A stretch of DNA of 59,935 nt, counting the filler, from Dimargaris cristalligena (taxonomy: Eukaryota): the NCBI GenBank assembly GCA_003614675.1. It is 2 parts of 2 records of this genome, joined end to end, with 100 filler letters (N's around TTAATTAATTAA, not from the genome) between each part and the next. Parts side by side here need not be neighbours in the genome. Positions count along the whole stretch, not along the records: positions 1 to 29,944 come from ML002470.1; positions 30,045 to 59,935 come from ML002471.1. One strand, given 5' to 3'. Below, in pieces: positions 22,771 to 34,460 of this stretch. Within the stretch, counting starts at the first letter, position 1. Every line of letters starts with the position of its first letter. The notes beneath the pieces were generated by a model. It made no database searches. It was not told the DNA's origin and saw nothing but the letters and a program-made list of their open reading frames with translations. Position numbers and translations under genes: made by a program.

Positions 22771-25700
22771 TTAATTGGGATCGTCCACGGCAATAACCAC
22801 AATTTGACCTTCACTTCCAGTGACAATAATTTGCTGTTCAGTAAGGGACAGCGCGACGGCGGAGGGCAGCCAGGGGAGATCGAATACCCGGACCCACGGA
22901 ATGTGAGCGGGCGAGGGTAGGGCAGCCATTTCCATTTCCGTATCCGTACCCATGGCCTGACTTAGATGGTTAGGCGGTTGTTGGCTAGGGCTATTAGGGT
23001 TGGAACTCCTAGCGGGACCCCCCTTTCTCTCGGGGAAATCCAGGGCGTCCAAGTCATAAATGGCCACCTTGTGAAATACGTCCACAGTGACCAAATAGTC
23101 CCCGTGGCGGGTCAGGGCCATGTCAATAATGCCCGGTAGTACCGTAATGGCGGGGGCAGCGGGACCCCCCCATCCAGCTGGACAGGCCAGGGTATCGTAG
23201 CGCCCCTTGAGGGCCACCAGGTCGTGCCACCGATCGTAGGTCTGAATATACTGGGTGTTGCGCCGGGGGTAGCAAGGGGCTTCCGTGAAGAGATGGTAGC
23301 CCACTAGAGAGCCATTCACATTGTACACCGACAGCAGGGCGTCCACTGAGGCGGTGGGTTCGTCGTCCTCGTCGGGTTCTAGATCATCCCCGCCGTCCGC
23401 CAGGTACGAGGGAGTATCCGATGAGACTCGGCGGGAATATATAATAAGGTCCCCCCTCGACGATATCTGGATGAGTTCGACGCGCCACTGACCCGTATAA
23501 TACGGGGTGGAAAATAGTAGGGCGGCGGGGTCTAGGGTACGGTTGTATTGGCCGGTGAGTAGGGTCCACATGATACAGCGACCAGCCGCATCCCCGGACA
23601 CCACCAAATTGTACTCGGCGGCCACAACCACTTCGGTGACTGGAGCTTGGTGCCGGTTGGTACTGTAGCAGTAGTGGGGCTTGCCGTAGTGGCCGAAGGA
23701 ATTCATATACAGTTGCTCAGCTCCCAGAACCTGACTAACGTAGGTATCGGCATGGGTGTCTCCGCCGACCAGGGAACGATCCGTTCGACCGGTTAGGGTA
23801 CGTAGTGGTACGGTGGATTGCACTCCACTTTGGGTTGGTGCCGAAGCAGCCGGAGTCCATCCCCCGGGGGCCGCGGCAGCGACGAAGAGACCGTCGCGTG
23901 CACAGTCTATTCGTAGATCCAGGGAGTAGGAGGCCGGTTCCGTCGGACTAAACTCGGGTTTCAGCATGAGCTGGTAAACATGCAGTAGGCCATTTTGGGT
24001 ACCGGCTACCAACCACGCCCCGTTACGACTCGCGTGCACACACTGGAGGGGGTCTTGGGCCAGGGCGGAAGTGAGGGCGACTACGGGCGATGGGCCCGAG
24101 GTCGGTGGAGTTGAGGAGGCGGGTCCACTTCCGGAGGAGGAAACAGGAACCGTGGCCGCCGAAGTAGCAGAAGTAGTAAATGTTGATGATAAAGCGAAAA
24201 TACCAGTCGCCTGAGTGGCAAACTGGTGGGATCGGATAGGCTGTACGGGTGGGGCAGCAACCTCACCTTCGCTTCCGTCGCCCGACATTAACCCCAAGGT
24301 CGATGTAGAATCACCGGCTCCCAACCCCAACGAACCGACCGACGAAGTCCGACCGTCGTCAACGTGCACGAATCCCGACCGGATCGAGTGGTTTCGGCTG
24401 GCCACCAGGGGTCCCCCGTTGTCAGCCACTAACGGGGACGACGGGACACTCATGGACTGGCCTAGGTCCACCAGCGAACCCAATAACGCGGTTTCGAGGG
24501 CCTCGGCCCGGCGGATGGCTTCGGAGCGCACCCCTTGGGCCCCAGCGTAGAGACCCGCTTCCCGGAGTCGGATAGCGCCGTCCCAGTGTCGGGTATCGAC
24601 GATTAATACCCCCGGACTGGCAATGAAGGCCAATTGGTGTTTGTAAGGGCAAAACGAGGCTAGTCGGTCATGAAGGCCACGTCGGTCCAGGCGCAAGGGG
24701 CCGGATAATTTGCGGAACATGGGACTAAGGGCGCTGTGCATGGGTAGGGGCAGAGGCGGGGGTGGTATGTTTGCCGCGATACCCATCTGGGCGTGGGTCG
24801 CCATTGACAGGGGGGTAGTGGACAGAACATCAGGTAGGAGCCGGACCGTAGAATCGAGTTCAAATCGGAATGATGGGTTGGTCGTGGCGAAGACGAGCCG
24901 GTGGGTTCGACAGTGGCCGCGATTGTCCACCATTACCAGGGTTTGCTGCCAGGTGTCGCCCACGCGGTCCGGTATGGGTCGGGCCATCACCGCACACATC
25001 CCTAAATGATTGGTGCGAATGGCAAACGTTTTGGTCGGGCAGTCGGGGTGGAATAACGACCACGCAAAGGGCTGTTGCCGATGCGGCAGCTGGAGGGTTT
25101 CGGCGAAGGTGAGCGTCGTAGCGGAGGGGGTTGAATCAACCGCGGTGTCGGTGGTATCCGCGGACGGTCGGTAAGACGACGGTTTCCGTCCTTCACTCAG
25201 AGTTTGGCGGCGTTCGACCGGGACCCCATTGGTATAGCTTCCCCCTTCCTCGGCCCGGCCACCGTGGGCGACCGCATCCGCACTAATGAACATGTAGTCC
25301 GTTAGTGGAGAAGGGGCCGGCGTGTACCGTTGTACATGGGGGGTGGCGAATAGCTGGGACGGCGTTTGTCCGAAATAATGAATCTGGTTCTCCGCGCTAC
25401 GTCGGTCAACGGGGTTAGCGATGGTGTCGACATCCACCGCGTCCTCGTAAGTAAGGTAGTAGAACACGTTATGGGCATCCACGGCTGCCTGGCCCGTCTG
25501 TTGAAAGCCGAAGATGAGGTCGATCCAATGATGCAAATGGGTCGAGACGTAGTCCGATTCCAGGGCGGCCCGGTGCATCCTGATAAAGGCCGTTGGGGAA
25601 GATGCCCAAGGCGGGAGCTGGACGTCCCCCAGGGTGGTTCCGTCTTGTTTACGACCCAGGTTCCAGTGGTTTCCATTGGTCAAAAATTCCGGCAAGTAAA

Positions 25701-28700
25701 AGAACTCGGGGATCAATTCCTTCACATCGCCACTCCCCTTGGTACACGACTGCCAGGCCTCGGCAATGGAGTGAAACTGCCGATCGGCATGGTCGAACTT
25801 GCCACTCTGCAGGCCGATATGCACTGACGTGAAGGGTTCCAAGCGGATGAGGAAATGGGCCACGGAGGCCGCGGTGGAATAATGGGTTCCGTAATGGAAT
25901 TTCTTCACTACCCCCGTCGGATCCTCGAACCCGTGGTAGCGTTCAATGTACCGGCGCAGGCGGTCGGGGTTAAGAGCTCCCACCGGTTTAGTCAGATCCC
26001 GGAACGTGCGCTCCGGGTCGTTCAAATCCAGGGTGTCAGACGTATAATCCTTGATAATCCAGGGGAACACGGGGTACTGGGTCATGTCATTATAGGAACG
26101 CCCCGCCAGTGTATTTAAGCCCATCAAGTAGTCGAAATTGGACAGTTCCCGTCTTTGCCAGCGCTGGGTCATATCGTGTAACTCCCGTGACACTTTGGGG
26201 GACTTGAGGCCCGTATACATCACGCAGCGGGAATTGACGGTGGTGACTTTGGCGCAGAACCGGGTGCGGTCCTTCGTGTGGGGGAAATTGAAAAAAAAGC
26301 TCGTTTGGGTGGCGAAGAAGAGTTCCACGGCCGATTTGCGCAGTTTGTACCGGCGGAAATGAATCGAAGTTAAATCGCCCAACGGCCACGATCGGATACG
26401 GAGCAGTTCATGGGTGAGTACCGGGGGGAGCGTGGCGGACGTACCGGCCGCGCCTCCACTGCTACCACCACCACTACCACTGCTACCCCCCGTCGCGCCC
26501 GCGGAGGTATCCGCCGGATCACCACTCGCCTCCCCCACCGAATTGGCCTCGGGGTAGAAACGCAGGGTCTTATCGGTTACTTTGAGGTGGCCCCGGGTAC
26601 TATGCAGATTGAGGACCAGTTCGCAATACACGCTAAAGGTGTGTTTCGAATAGGCCTCGTCGAGGTCGTCCATGTCCGTCGACCCCCCGGCCGAAATCAT
26701 GGCCTGGCGGTCGGTGGTGACGTCGTAATTGGTGGTCACCCACCCCCATTCTTCCATCGACACGGAGACCGACGATGGTCCACGGAGGTGCATCGTTGAG
26801 GACGCTGGAGGCTGATGAATGGATCCGGCCCGGGTGCGGTCCAGAGCGGTACCCGATACCTCGGTTCGACCGTCGGGGATCGACACCGAATGGGTTCGGG
26901 ATGAGGCCGAGGAAGGGGGGGTCATTTTCAGTAAAGAAGAGCGCGAGGTGGCTGAGGTCAAGCGACGGGTCCGAATACCGGGGTCGGTGAGACGGCGCGT
27001 ATGCCCTGCACCAGTGCCCGCTGCCATGGCTGCCCCACTTCGCCCATCGCCCCCGTAGGGGGCCGGATACCCCCCTTGGGGACTGAGTACCAAAGGATAA
27101 AACGTGTGCAGAAGGGGCATTCTCGCTGCGCTACTACCACCCAGTGAGTCTGTTCGCATGGACATGAGACCCGCGGGGCCCCGGCCTGGCGGGAAGAAAT
27201 GGATACCCACCGGTGATTTGGGACCGTGCTTATCCCGGCGAAGGATGGCAGTCACGTGGGGGTCGAAAAACTCATTCGGGGTGAGGCTCAACCGCATGCG
27301 GGACCGATTCTCGAGGCCGCTGACCAACCAGTGACGTTCGGGGGCTTGTAAGACGACCGGGAAACACCAGCGCCAACTCGGGGCCAGAAAATGGTCAATC
27401 AACAGCGCCCGACCGTCGTCCTGGGCCTGCGAACCGCCGTTTAATTGCCGCCGGATGTCTAAAGCGAGGGGGTGCGAACTCGCCAAAGACCACGGACCGT
27501 GGTCATCCACCAACGGTAGCACGAATTCCCGCCAGCGCTGCCATAAGGTTCCCTGGCTTTGGTAGTACGACCGTTCCAAGTCACTCCACCGATTGGACTC
27601 GGCCGCCAACATCGTTTGGATCGACTCGGCCGTACTGAGTTTGATGGCCCGTCGGTGCCGGGTTAAGATATTCTCACTATGGCGAATTTCAACCAAACCG
27701 TCCCTGACCATTTTCATGAACCCTTGGATCTTGTGCGGGAAATGCGAGGCCTCCTCCTCCTCCAGACCTTTCATGCTATCCAAGCAAAAGTCGTTGTAAA
27801 CCTCCAACCAGGCCGGGCTTTGGATGAACTTCTCGAAGATACGGGCATCGGTGTCCATGCCGGTCCAGGGTGAGTTTTGGGAAAGACTAGTGCTACGCGG
27901 GCGCGGGGAGGGTGGACCTCCTCCTCCACGGGGAAGGGACAGACTTACCCCCGTGGGTCGGGAATATGCATTGGTCGGGGCCTTTTCCGCTTCCGAAGGA
28001 TTGTAGAGCATTTGGGCCAGGTCGGCTGAAGAGCCGCCCCCGTCACTCGGCAGGGTCGGGCGACGAAGCGTATGGGCACTTCGACGTACTGGCAATGTGT
28101 TAGCCGAGGGTGATATCAGGGAACTGGGTTGGCAAACATCGATGAGGTACGACCGGTAGCGATGGAAAACGTACATGTAGAGAGACAGCAGTTCCTGGGT
28201 CTGGCGCTTGACCTCCTCGGAGCCAGTTGGCTCAGAACCCCGTACAAAAACCAGGGCCTCGTGGATATAACCCACCAGGGCCAGGATACGGGTCTGAATA
28301 CCGCAATTGCGTTGGCAGTAAAATTCCTGCAAGGCCGGATCATCGACGCAGCCGTTACTGTTCGGTCCAGAAGTATGGGAGCTCATGAAAGTATGACCGT
28401 CCGGACCCACAAACATGGTTGGGCTCAGGGGCGTACGCTTCGCTGTCCCCTTGAATAGGGGCGGGTGCCGTTCGAGCAAACGCATGGTTAACTGAGCGAT
28501 GGCACGGAAATGTTCAAAGTGGGCACTTTGGATTCCGTGAACCAGTAGGCGCAATGCGTTATGACAAAGATTACCGGGCGCCTAATTAGGTTATACATAG
28601 GTTTCGGATGACAAAAAGGGGCGAGAAAGAGGGAGGTCAGAGGGTTAAATTAGAGTTAGATTATGGTATTAGTATTAGTATTTAGATCAAAACACTTTGC

Positions 28701-29944
28701 AAATCAGGCAATTATCACAAAACTGGAAATCATGGTACCAGTTTAATTGAATATTATCAATTACCTCGTAGGATTCGCTCATACAAATCAGAAATTGGGT
28801 CAAAAGAAGTACAAATTTAGGCTGGTCGTCCCAGGGGTTTCGGGGCGTACGGAACACCACTTGACCGGAATTCTTTCGACCCCCACTGCTACCAACCATG
28901 TCACCCAACAGATCAAACGATCGACCTCCCGAGGCCAAACCACCTCCGGACGACCCACCGAATTGCGAATGACCCCCTCCTACCGGAGCCAATACCCCCA
29001 ATAGGGACATGAAGGACAACGCCGACGACGACAATCCTGTCGAGCCCGGATAGTCGCCCCCACTACCGCCATGGCTACTCCCATTGCCGGTGGCCAAGGT
29101 GGTCGCGATTTGCTGATGCAGAGCGGGCCAATTCTCGTCCAAATGGGTACTGTATTCCCGGTGGTTAAAGAGGAAGTCCATACTCAACTGCACCAGGGAT
29201 CCGAGGTTCTTCCATTGCACGGGTTCCATCCGGGCCAATAGATTGGTCGCCCGGCGGCCGGGTCCATATAGATTGTAATTGAGTCGGCGGACCAAGCGAT
29301 AGAGTAGGCGACCGGCAAAGGGGGCGGCGCAATTACCCGCGGGCAGAGTGGCCCACAAGTGTACGATGGTTTGCACCACACAGGCATCGCCGGCCGTGGA
29401 AAGGAGTAGCTGGCGGTAGAGTACGTGCTCTAATAGGGCCATGGCTAGGGTCGCGCTGTTGGATTCGGTGGTTGGGTCGGTAGTATCGGCGTCGAATGCG
29501 GTGGGGTCTACCGTTGTCGCCGTTGTCGTCGTCCTTAGCTGATTCTTGCGCTCCAGTAACCCGGGGGTAAACAAATCAGCCGCCATCAAAATCAAGGGTT
29601 GCTGCCAGGGCCCCTCCTGTTCCAATAGCATACAATAATCGTCGACCTCGTCGCTATGGGGATCCTGCGAAGCCCGGCGGCTGATAAAGCGTCGCGGGTC
29701 CATACGCCAAGTATCCAGGGACGGCCGCTGGCTAATGGGCGAGGGGGCGGTGGTCATTTTAAACGGATTGAGCGACGTTGTAGCGGGGTGTACAGTAGAG
29801 GTGGCCGTGTCCGCAGCCGGTTCTGTGTCCCATTCGTACCCAAACGATAGTAGCAGTTGGTATAGTGCATCACAGCGAATGCGTTCATCGGCGGACGGTT
29901 TAGCCAAAATACGCAATAAAATCACAATAGGTTTCATATCACGA
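22771..29944 (-). CDS. PH-BEACH-WD40 protein (neurobeachin/LRBA/Bph1-like), 5'-truncated by the gap; visible exons ~29944-28696 and 28581-22771
   Basis: PH-like 'IHFRRYKLRKSAVELFF'; BEACH motifs 'WQRRELSNFDYLMGLNTLAGRSYNDMTQYPVFPW', 'HYGTHYS', 'FDHADRQFHS', 'DVKELIPEFFYLPEFL', 'HHWIDLIFG', 'FGQTPSQLF'; WD-like C-terminal segments. The acceptor at 28582 joins in phase 0; the donor position is inferred. Confidence 0.9.
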
Positions 29945-30044
29945 NNNNNNNNNNNNNNNNNNNNNNNNNNNNNNNNNNNNNNNNNNNNTTAATTAATTAA
30001 NNNNNNNNNNNNNNNNNNNNNNNNNNNNNNNNNNNNNNNNNNNN
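29945..30044. other. Assembly gap: 44 N + TTAATTAATTAA linker + 44 N
   Basis: Seen directly. The 12-mer (29989-30000) gives stop codons in all six frames, as expected for an artificial spacer. Confidence 0.97.
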
Positions 30045-30078
30045 GGTCAACACCTATTGTTTCGACCACACCGAGTGG

Positions 30079-30663
30079 CGGTGGTGGTGGTTGGGCAAAC
30101 CCCGGATTGGCCCCAGGGCGGCGTGCAGGGGGAGGGGGTGGGGCACGACGAGCGGGCGGGGCGGAATTCGGGGGAAGCGGTTGCCGCGGCGGCAGCGCTG
30201 GTCCAGTAGAGTGGTTACGACCCGTATTTCCGAACTGGGACGGCACGGGAGGTGGGGGAGGGGGTAGTGGTGCCGAAGGGCCTCCTCCCATACTAGGCGG
30301 AGGCCGTGGGGCCCGGAAAGACGGTGGAGGACGAGAGTAGCTACTAGTAGGGGCCGACGGAGCCTGCGAGCTGGGGGCGGCCACTCGTCCCGTATCGACT
30401 CCTCCGCGGCTCTTGAGTCTAGGTATGCCGCCGGCAAAGAGACCGCCTAGTTGAGGGGCCTGTGGACCGGTATTGGTCGGTACGGGAGGGGCTGAGCCGG
30501 GAGGGCGGCGGATAGACGGCGGGGCTGACCCCATGCCCATCATGCCTCCACCACCTCCACTCGGTGTGGTCGAAACAATAGGTGTTGACCGGTCATTGGT
30601 CACGGCCTTTTTGAGCCGCTTGCCCTGTTGAATTTGCTTAAGCAAGTCGCTGCGATCAGCCAT
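30079..30663 (-). CDS. VRP1: Verprolin/WIP-family actin regulator, 3'-truncated at the contig end
   Basis: N-terminal WH2 'DRSDLLKQIQQGKRLKKAVTNDRSTPIV', second WH2-like 'LGGLFAGGIPRLKSRG', then polyproline tracts. Confidence 0.88.
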
Positions 30664-31563
30664 GAGGGGTAATATGTATAAGTGTAGAGCGGGATATTAG
30701 ACGACGGAAACTGTAAAGGACAATGGCACAAACAATAAAAACAGACTAATTTAGGTGAGGAAGGGATAACAAAGGTGAAACAAGATGGAGAAATAGGGAC
30801 AATGCCTCCACTTGGACTAGATGACGTGCTGGGGACAGTGGGGTAAGAGAATGAGAAAGGACAGGAAGGGTTGGAGAGCAGCAGCCGAATGCTGGGGACA
30901 AAGCCACTGCTGAGGCTGAGCAATTTGGCTTTGCAATACTCTGGGTGAGGCTGGGGATTGGATAATAGAGAGGGAAATAAAGCTGTGGGTTGAACAATTA
31001 GACAAAGGACAGCGGGGCACTATCATCAAAGTATTGAAGTACTGCGCTTGGGGGATACTATAAAATAGTAATGCTAAATAGACGTCCAATTGTATATTCT
31101 TACCATCTATGCCCAATAGACCAGACGAGGGTGAGGGGGCTGGGCGGGGGGGAATTCTCCTATTTTGCCAACCAAAAGGAGAGCCTTAAAAATCCACAAT
31201 TCTTGGCGCCCAGCCAATTCAGCCCCGCCATCTGAGCCATCTATTAACCGATATTCAATAGTTTCTGGGCCACTGCTGGCTGAACCTATCATATAGCTAT
31301 CAAGGAATCATGCGCGATTTATTCAACAACGGCTAAAATAATAATAATAATTAATAAAAATGGAATAGAGGATATCCCCCCTTCTTCAAGAGCCGTCGAC
31401 CCGGGGCCCAATATATATGTGATCTATAGCCCCGAACAGGTCGACGTCATTCGGTCCAATGGAAACAATCCAGCTCAAGGAATCCCCACCCAATACGAAG
31501 GGGAGAGGGGGGGATATGGCATTGGAAACAACCAAAGTAACCTCCACCACCACACCAAGACAT

Positions 31564-32556
31564 TTAACGCTTGACCCAAGTAAACTTCTTACGGGCCTTA
31601 GGTTGACCTGTCTTCTTACGTTCGACCATACGAGGATCGCGAGTTAGACACCCTTCAGCCCGCAGGGGTTCCTTGTACGGAGGGGTATGGAGAGCCAAGG
31701 CCTTGGCGATACCCAGGGCGGTGGCTTCAGACTGCCCGGTAGTACCACTGCCGCGCACCTTAGCCCATACGTTGAATTTGCCCAGAGCACCGACCAGCTG
31801 CATGGGGGCAATGACGGCCTCACGGGGCACGACATTGACAAAGTACTCCGCCATGGGTTTACCATTGATGTAAATGTGGCCCTCCCCTTCCACCAGCCAC
31901 ACCCGGGCCTGGGCTTCCTTACGACGGCCGACGGCGTAGGCACGGCCCAAGTCGTCGGTCTTGGCCTGGGTTTCCTGGGCGGTCGACCGGTCCATCGAGC
32001 GGGCCATAAACACCCGCAGGTAAGTGCGGACGTCATCGGGTTTGGGGTCCAGGCTGAGTAGCCAGTGCAGACGGGTCAGCAGCTTAAAGTACTGGCCCTC
32101 CTTTAGGGTAATCTCCAGCTTTTCATTGAGTTCCTTCCGGGTCAAAAAGGGCTCCTGGAACTGCTTCTGGACCTCCGGAGTAGCGTCCTTGATACCCAAA
32201 CCAAACTGCTTCAGCTTCTCCAGCTCCAGCATCAAAGTGGTGGTCTCGGCGGTACGGGAGAGCGCGGGGTGGTTGAGATCCTGAATGTACTTCTTGACCA
32301 GTGCGTTGAGACCGACGATCAGGTCATTGTAGACGGGATTTCCCGTAAAATAGGTGGCCGAGAGGGGGCGATCGCGGGGTTCGATCAGGGAGGGCGGGCT
32401 GTGTTCGAGCGCACTACTACTAGTGGGGTGGGTACCGAGGGCATGCGTCAGGGCAGTGCTGCTGAACGGACGGATCAAGGACCAGCTGCGGGGAACGGCC
32501 GAGATCGACGCGGTGATTGGGCCCGTCAGACGGAGGGTGGCCGTCCGTGGAAACAT
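31564..32556 (-). CDS. MRPS9: Mitochondrial small-subunit ribosomal protein uS9m
   Basis: Arg/Ser/Thr-rich presequence, 'TYFTGNPVYND', S9 domain 'GRRKEAQARVWL..GEGHIYING', 'GSGTTGQSEA', 'LTRDPRMVERKKTGQPKARKKFTWVKR'. Confidence 0.95.
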   Translation of the reverse strand: MFPRTATLRLTGPITASISAVPRSWSLIRPFSSTALTHALGTHPTSSSALEHSPPSLIEPRDRPLSATYFTGNPVYNDLIVGLNALVKKYIQDLNHPALSRTAETTTLMLELEKLKQFGLGIKDATPEVQKQFQEPFLTRKELNEKLEITLKEGQYFKLLTRLHWLLSLDPKPDDVRTYLRVFMARSMDRSTAQETQAKTDDLGRAYAVGRRKEAQARVWLVEGEGHIYINGKPMAEYFVNVVPREAVIAPMQLVGALGKFNVWAKVRGSGTTGQSEATALGIAKALALHTPPYKEPLRAEGCLTRDPRMVERKKTGQPKARKKFTWVKR

Positions 32557-34460
32557 TACGAAAGAGGGAAGGTGGCCTTGAGTCCTTTAATAATAAAAAA
32601 TAATACAGGGGAGCGAATAGACTAGAGTCGCGGTTAATGTGGTCAAGGGCACCCGGAATTCATAAAACCCAACGCTAAATCGGCGGGGGTGTGGTTAGGG
32701 AGGGGGAATGGGAACAGAGTCCAGTAAGACTGATCTAAGCCAATCGGCATAGTAGGGGGTAGAATCTGTGCTATCTGGCCACAACTATGCCTAACTGACT
32801 CTCTATTGCTGGTTCAGGCACTATTTGGGCCATTGCGAGTAGAGCGCCTCCTCGTGGTCACCCTCCGTAGCCGTTTCAAGTATTGCCCATTGGAAACTCC
32901 CAAACTAGATGGCCCGAGTAGTCGTGACCCGCGTGGAGGGCACCCCCCTAACAAGTAGGTCTTCACTTAAGACCCTTGCTTTATGTGAGCGTACAATTAA
33001 TACAGCGGCTTTTCCAGCTCATCATGGGGTTGGGTATGCTCCATCTAAAAACGCACCGTAGACCCGACGAAATTAAAAATACCATCTAATAGTCACCATA
33101 GTACGAGTTGGTTTCATAATGTGCCCATAATAGCTAGATAGTGAATTTGACCCAACTTGTGGTGGGCCTTCCTCCCCCCTTCACTTTGGCCACCAATAAT
33201 TTAGGCATCAGGTCCCCAAGAGTTTTCCAGGCAGATCATCGCCTAATCATCTGGCTTTGCATATATGGTATCCCAGGATCTGTGGGGATGGTGGCAGCCT
33301 CAGGACACCACCCTATGCCATACAAAATGAGGTAACCATGGAGAATATATTGGCCAGTTTGGGGTAGGGGGGATCCATGAGAGATAAATTGGTATATGAG
33401 GGGTTGGGTTTAGGGGGTTTCAGCTAGCTGGCTTCAAATGGATCAAAGGAATTCAGTATGGGTGTAGCCAAGGCAGGATCAAATACAAGGCAAAATGGTA
33501 TTGGCCTGGGGATTTGACCCCAGAATTTAAGTAACCCATGAGCCTGAATAGCCTCCAAGTCTGGTTGGATTAGTAGGGTCTGGAATGAATTGTGTTGTAG
33601 CAAAATTATATAGACATAGTACCTTGAAAAATGCAGATATCATTCTCACATGTCGATGCACAATCCACCGTACAGGCTTACGTCGAAGCTTCATGGCCAT
33701 TAATGACCTTTATTATAAGGAAACGAATTGGGAAACTAATATAATGGATAGAAGGGTTACTAGATACGCCCCCTGGTCTCGCCACAGGACAGCATGGGGC
33801 TGGCAATGGTATGACTGCCCACCGAGAGGAACAGTGGCCGAGTACGGAAACTGCACCTAATACCTATGTATAACTGGGCCAATTATCCTCCGCTACGGTA
33901 CTGGAAGATATCCAAACCGCGCATGGGTGGTATACCCTAGTAAAAGTCCCCAAATACGCGCTAAAAGCATAAGTAGGTACAATGGCTTTATCGGATGGCA
34001 ACCAGTATAAGCCGTCGTTAACCAATGGTTCAGTGGTCAGTGTGTATAGATATGTTTCGTATCAGCATATTGATAAGCAAGTTGTATTATTCAGCTGGGT
34101 GGACTCAGGCATATTCTCCTTAACCAAACTCACACTTTATGGCTGTTCTCGATATTGTAAAAATGCGGAGTGTATCTGCTCAAGGTTGTGTTAACCACCC
34201 CACTAACTTATTGGAGTTTTTTATTGTTAAATCATTATGGAGGGGGGGGTGATTCCATTATACCAATTAGCTCTGCAAATGCATCTAGCATCCATTAAAA
34301 AGCCATAATTATGTTAAACTAACTAAGTAACATCTAGAAGAAAAATATATATAAAGAAATAAAAGAACGTATACCAAAAATGTTCACCCGTGCCCACTCT
34401 CCAAACAAAGGCAAACGCACGACTCAACAAATTCAATCCCCATATAATTATCTATTTTCG

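Noticed and set aside
23384-29992. Many short ORFs overlapping the BEACH gene (likewise within THOC1, IML2, MRPS9 and the TF genes)
   Set aside because: Expected shadows of GC-rich coding sequence, with no motifs of their own.
29989-30000. Palindromic TTAATTAATTAA
   Set aside because: Artificial spacer centred between N runs, not biological.
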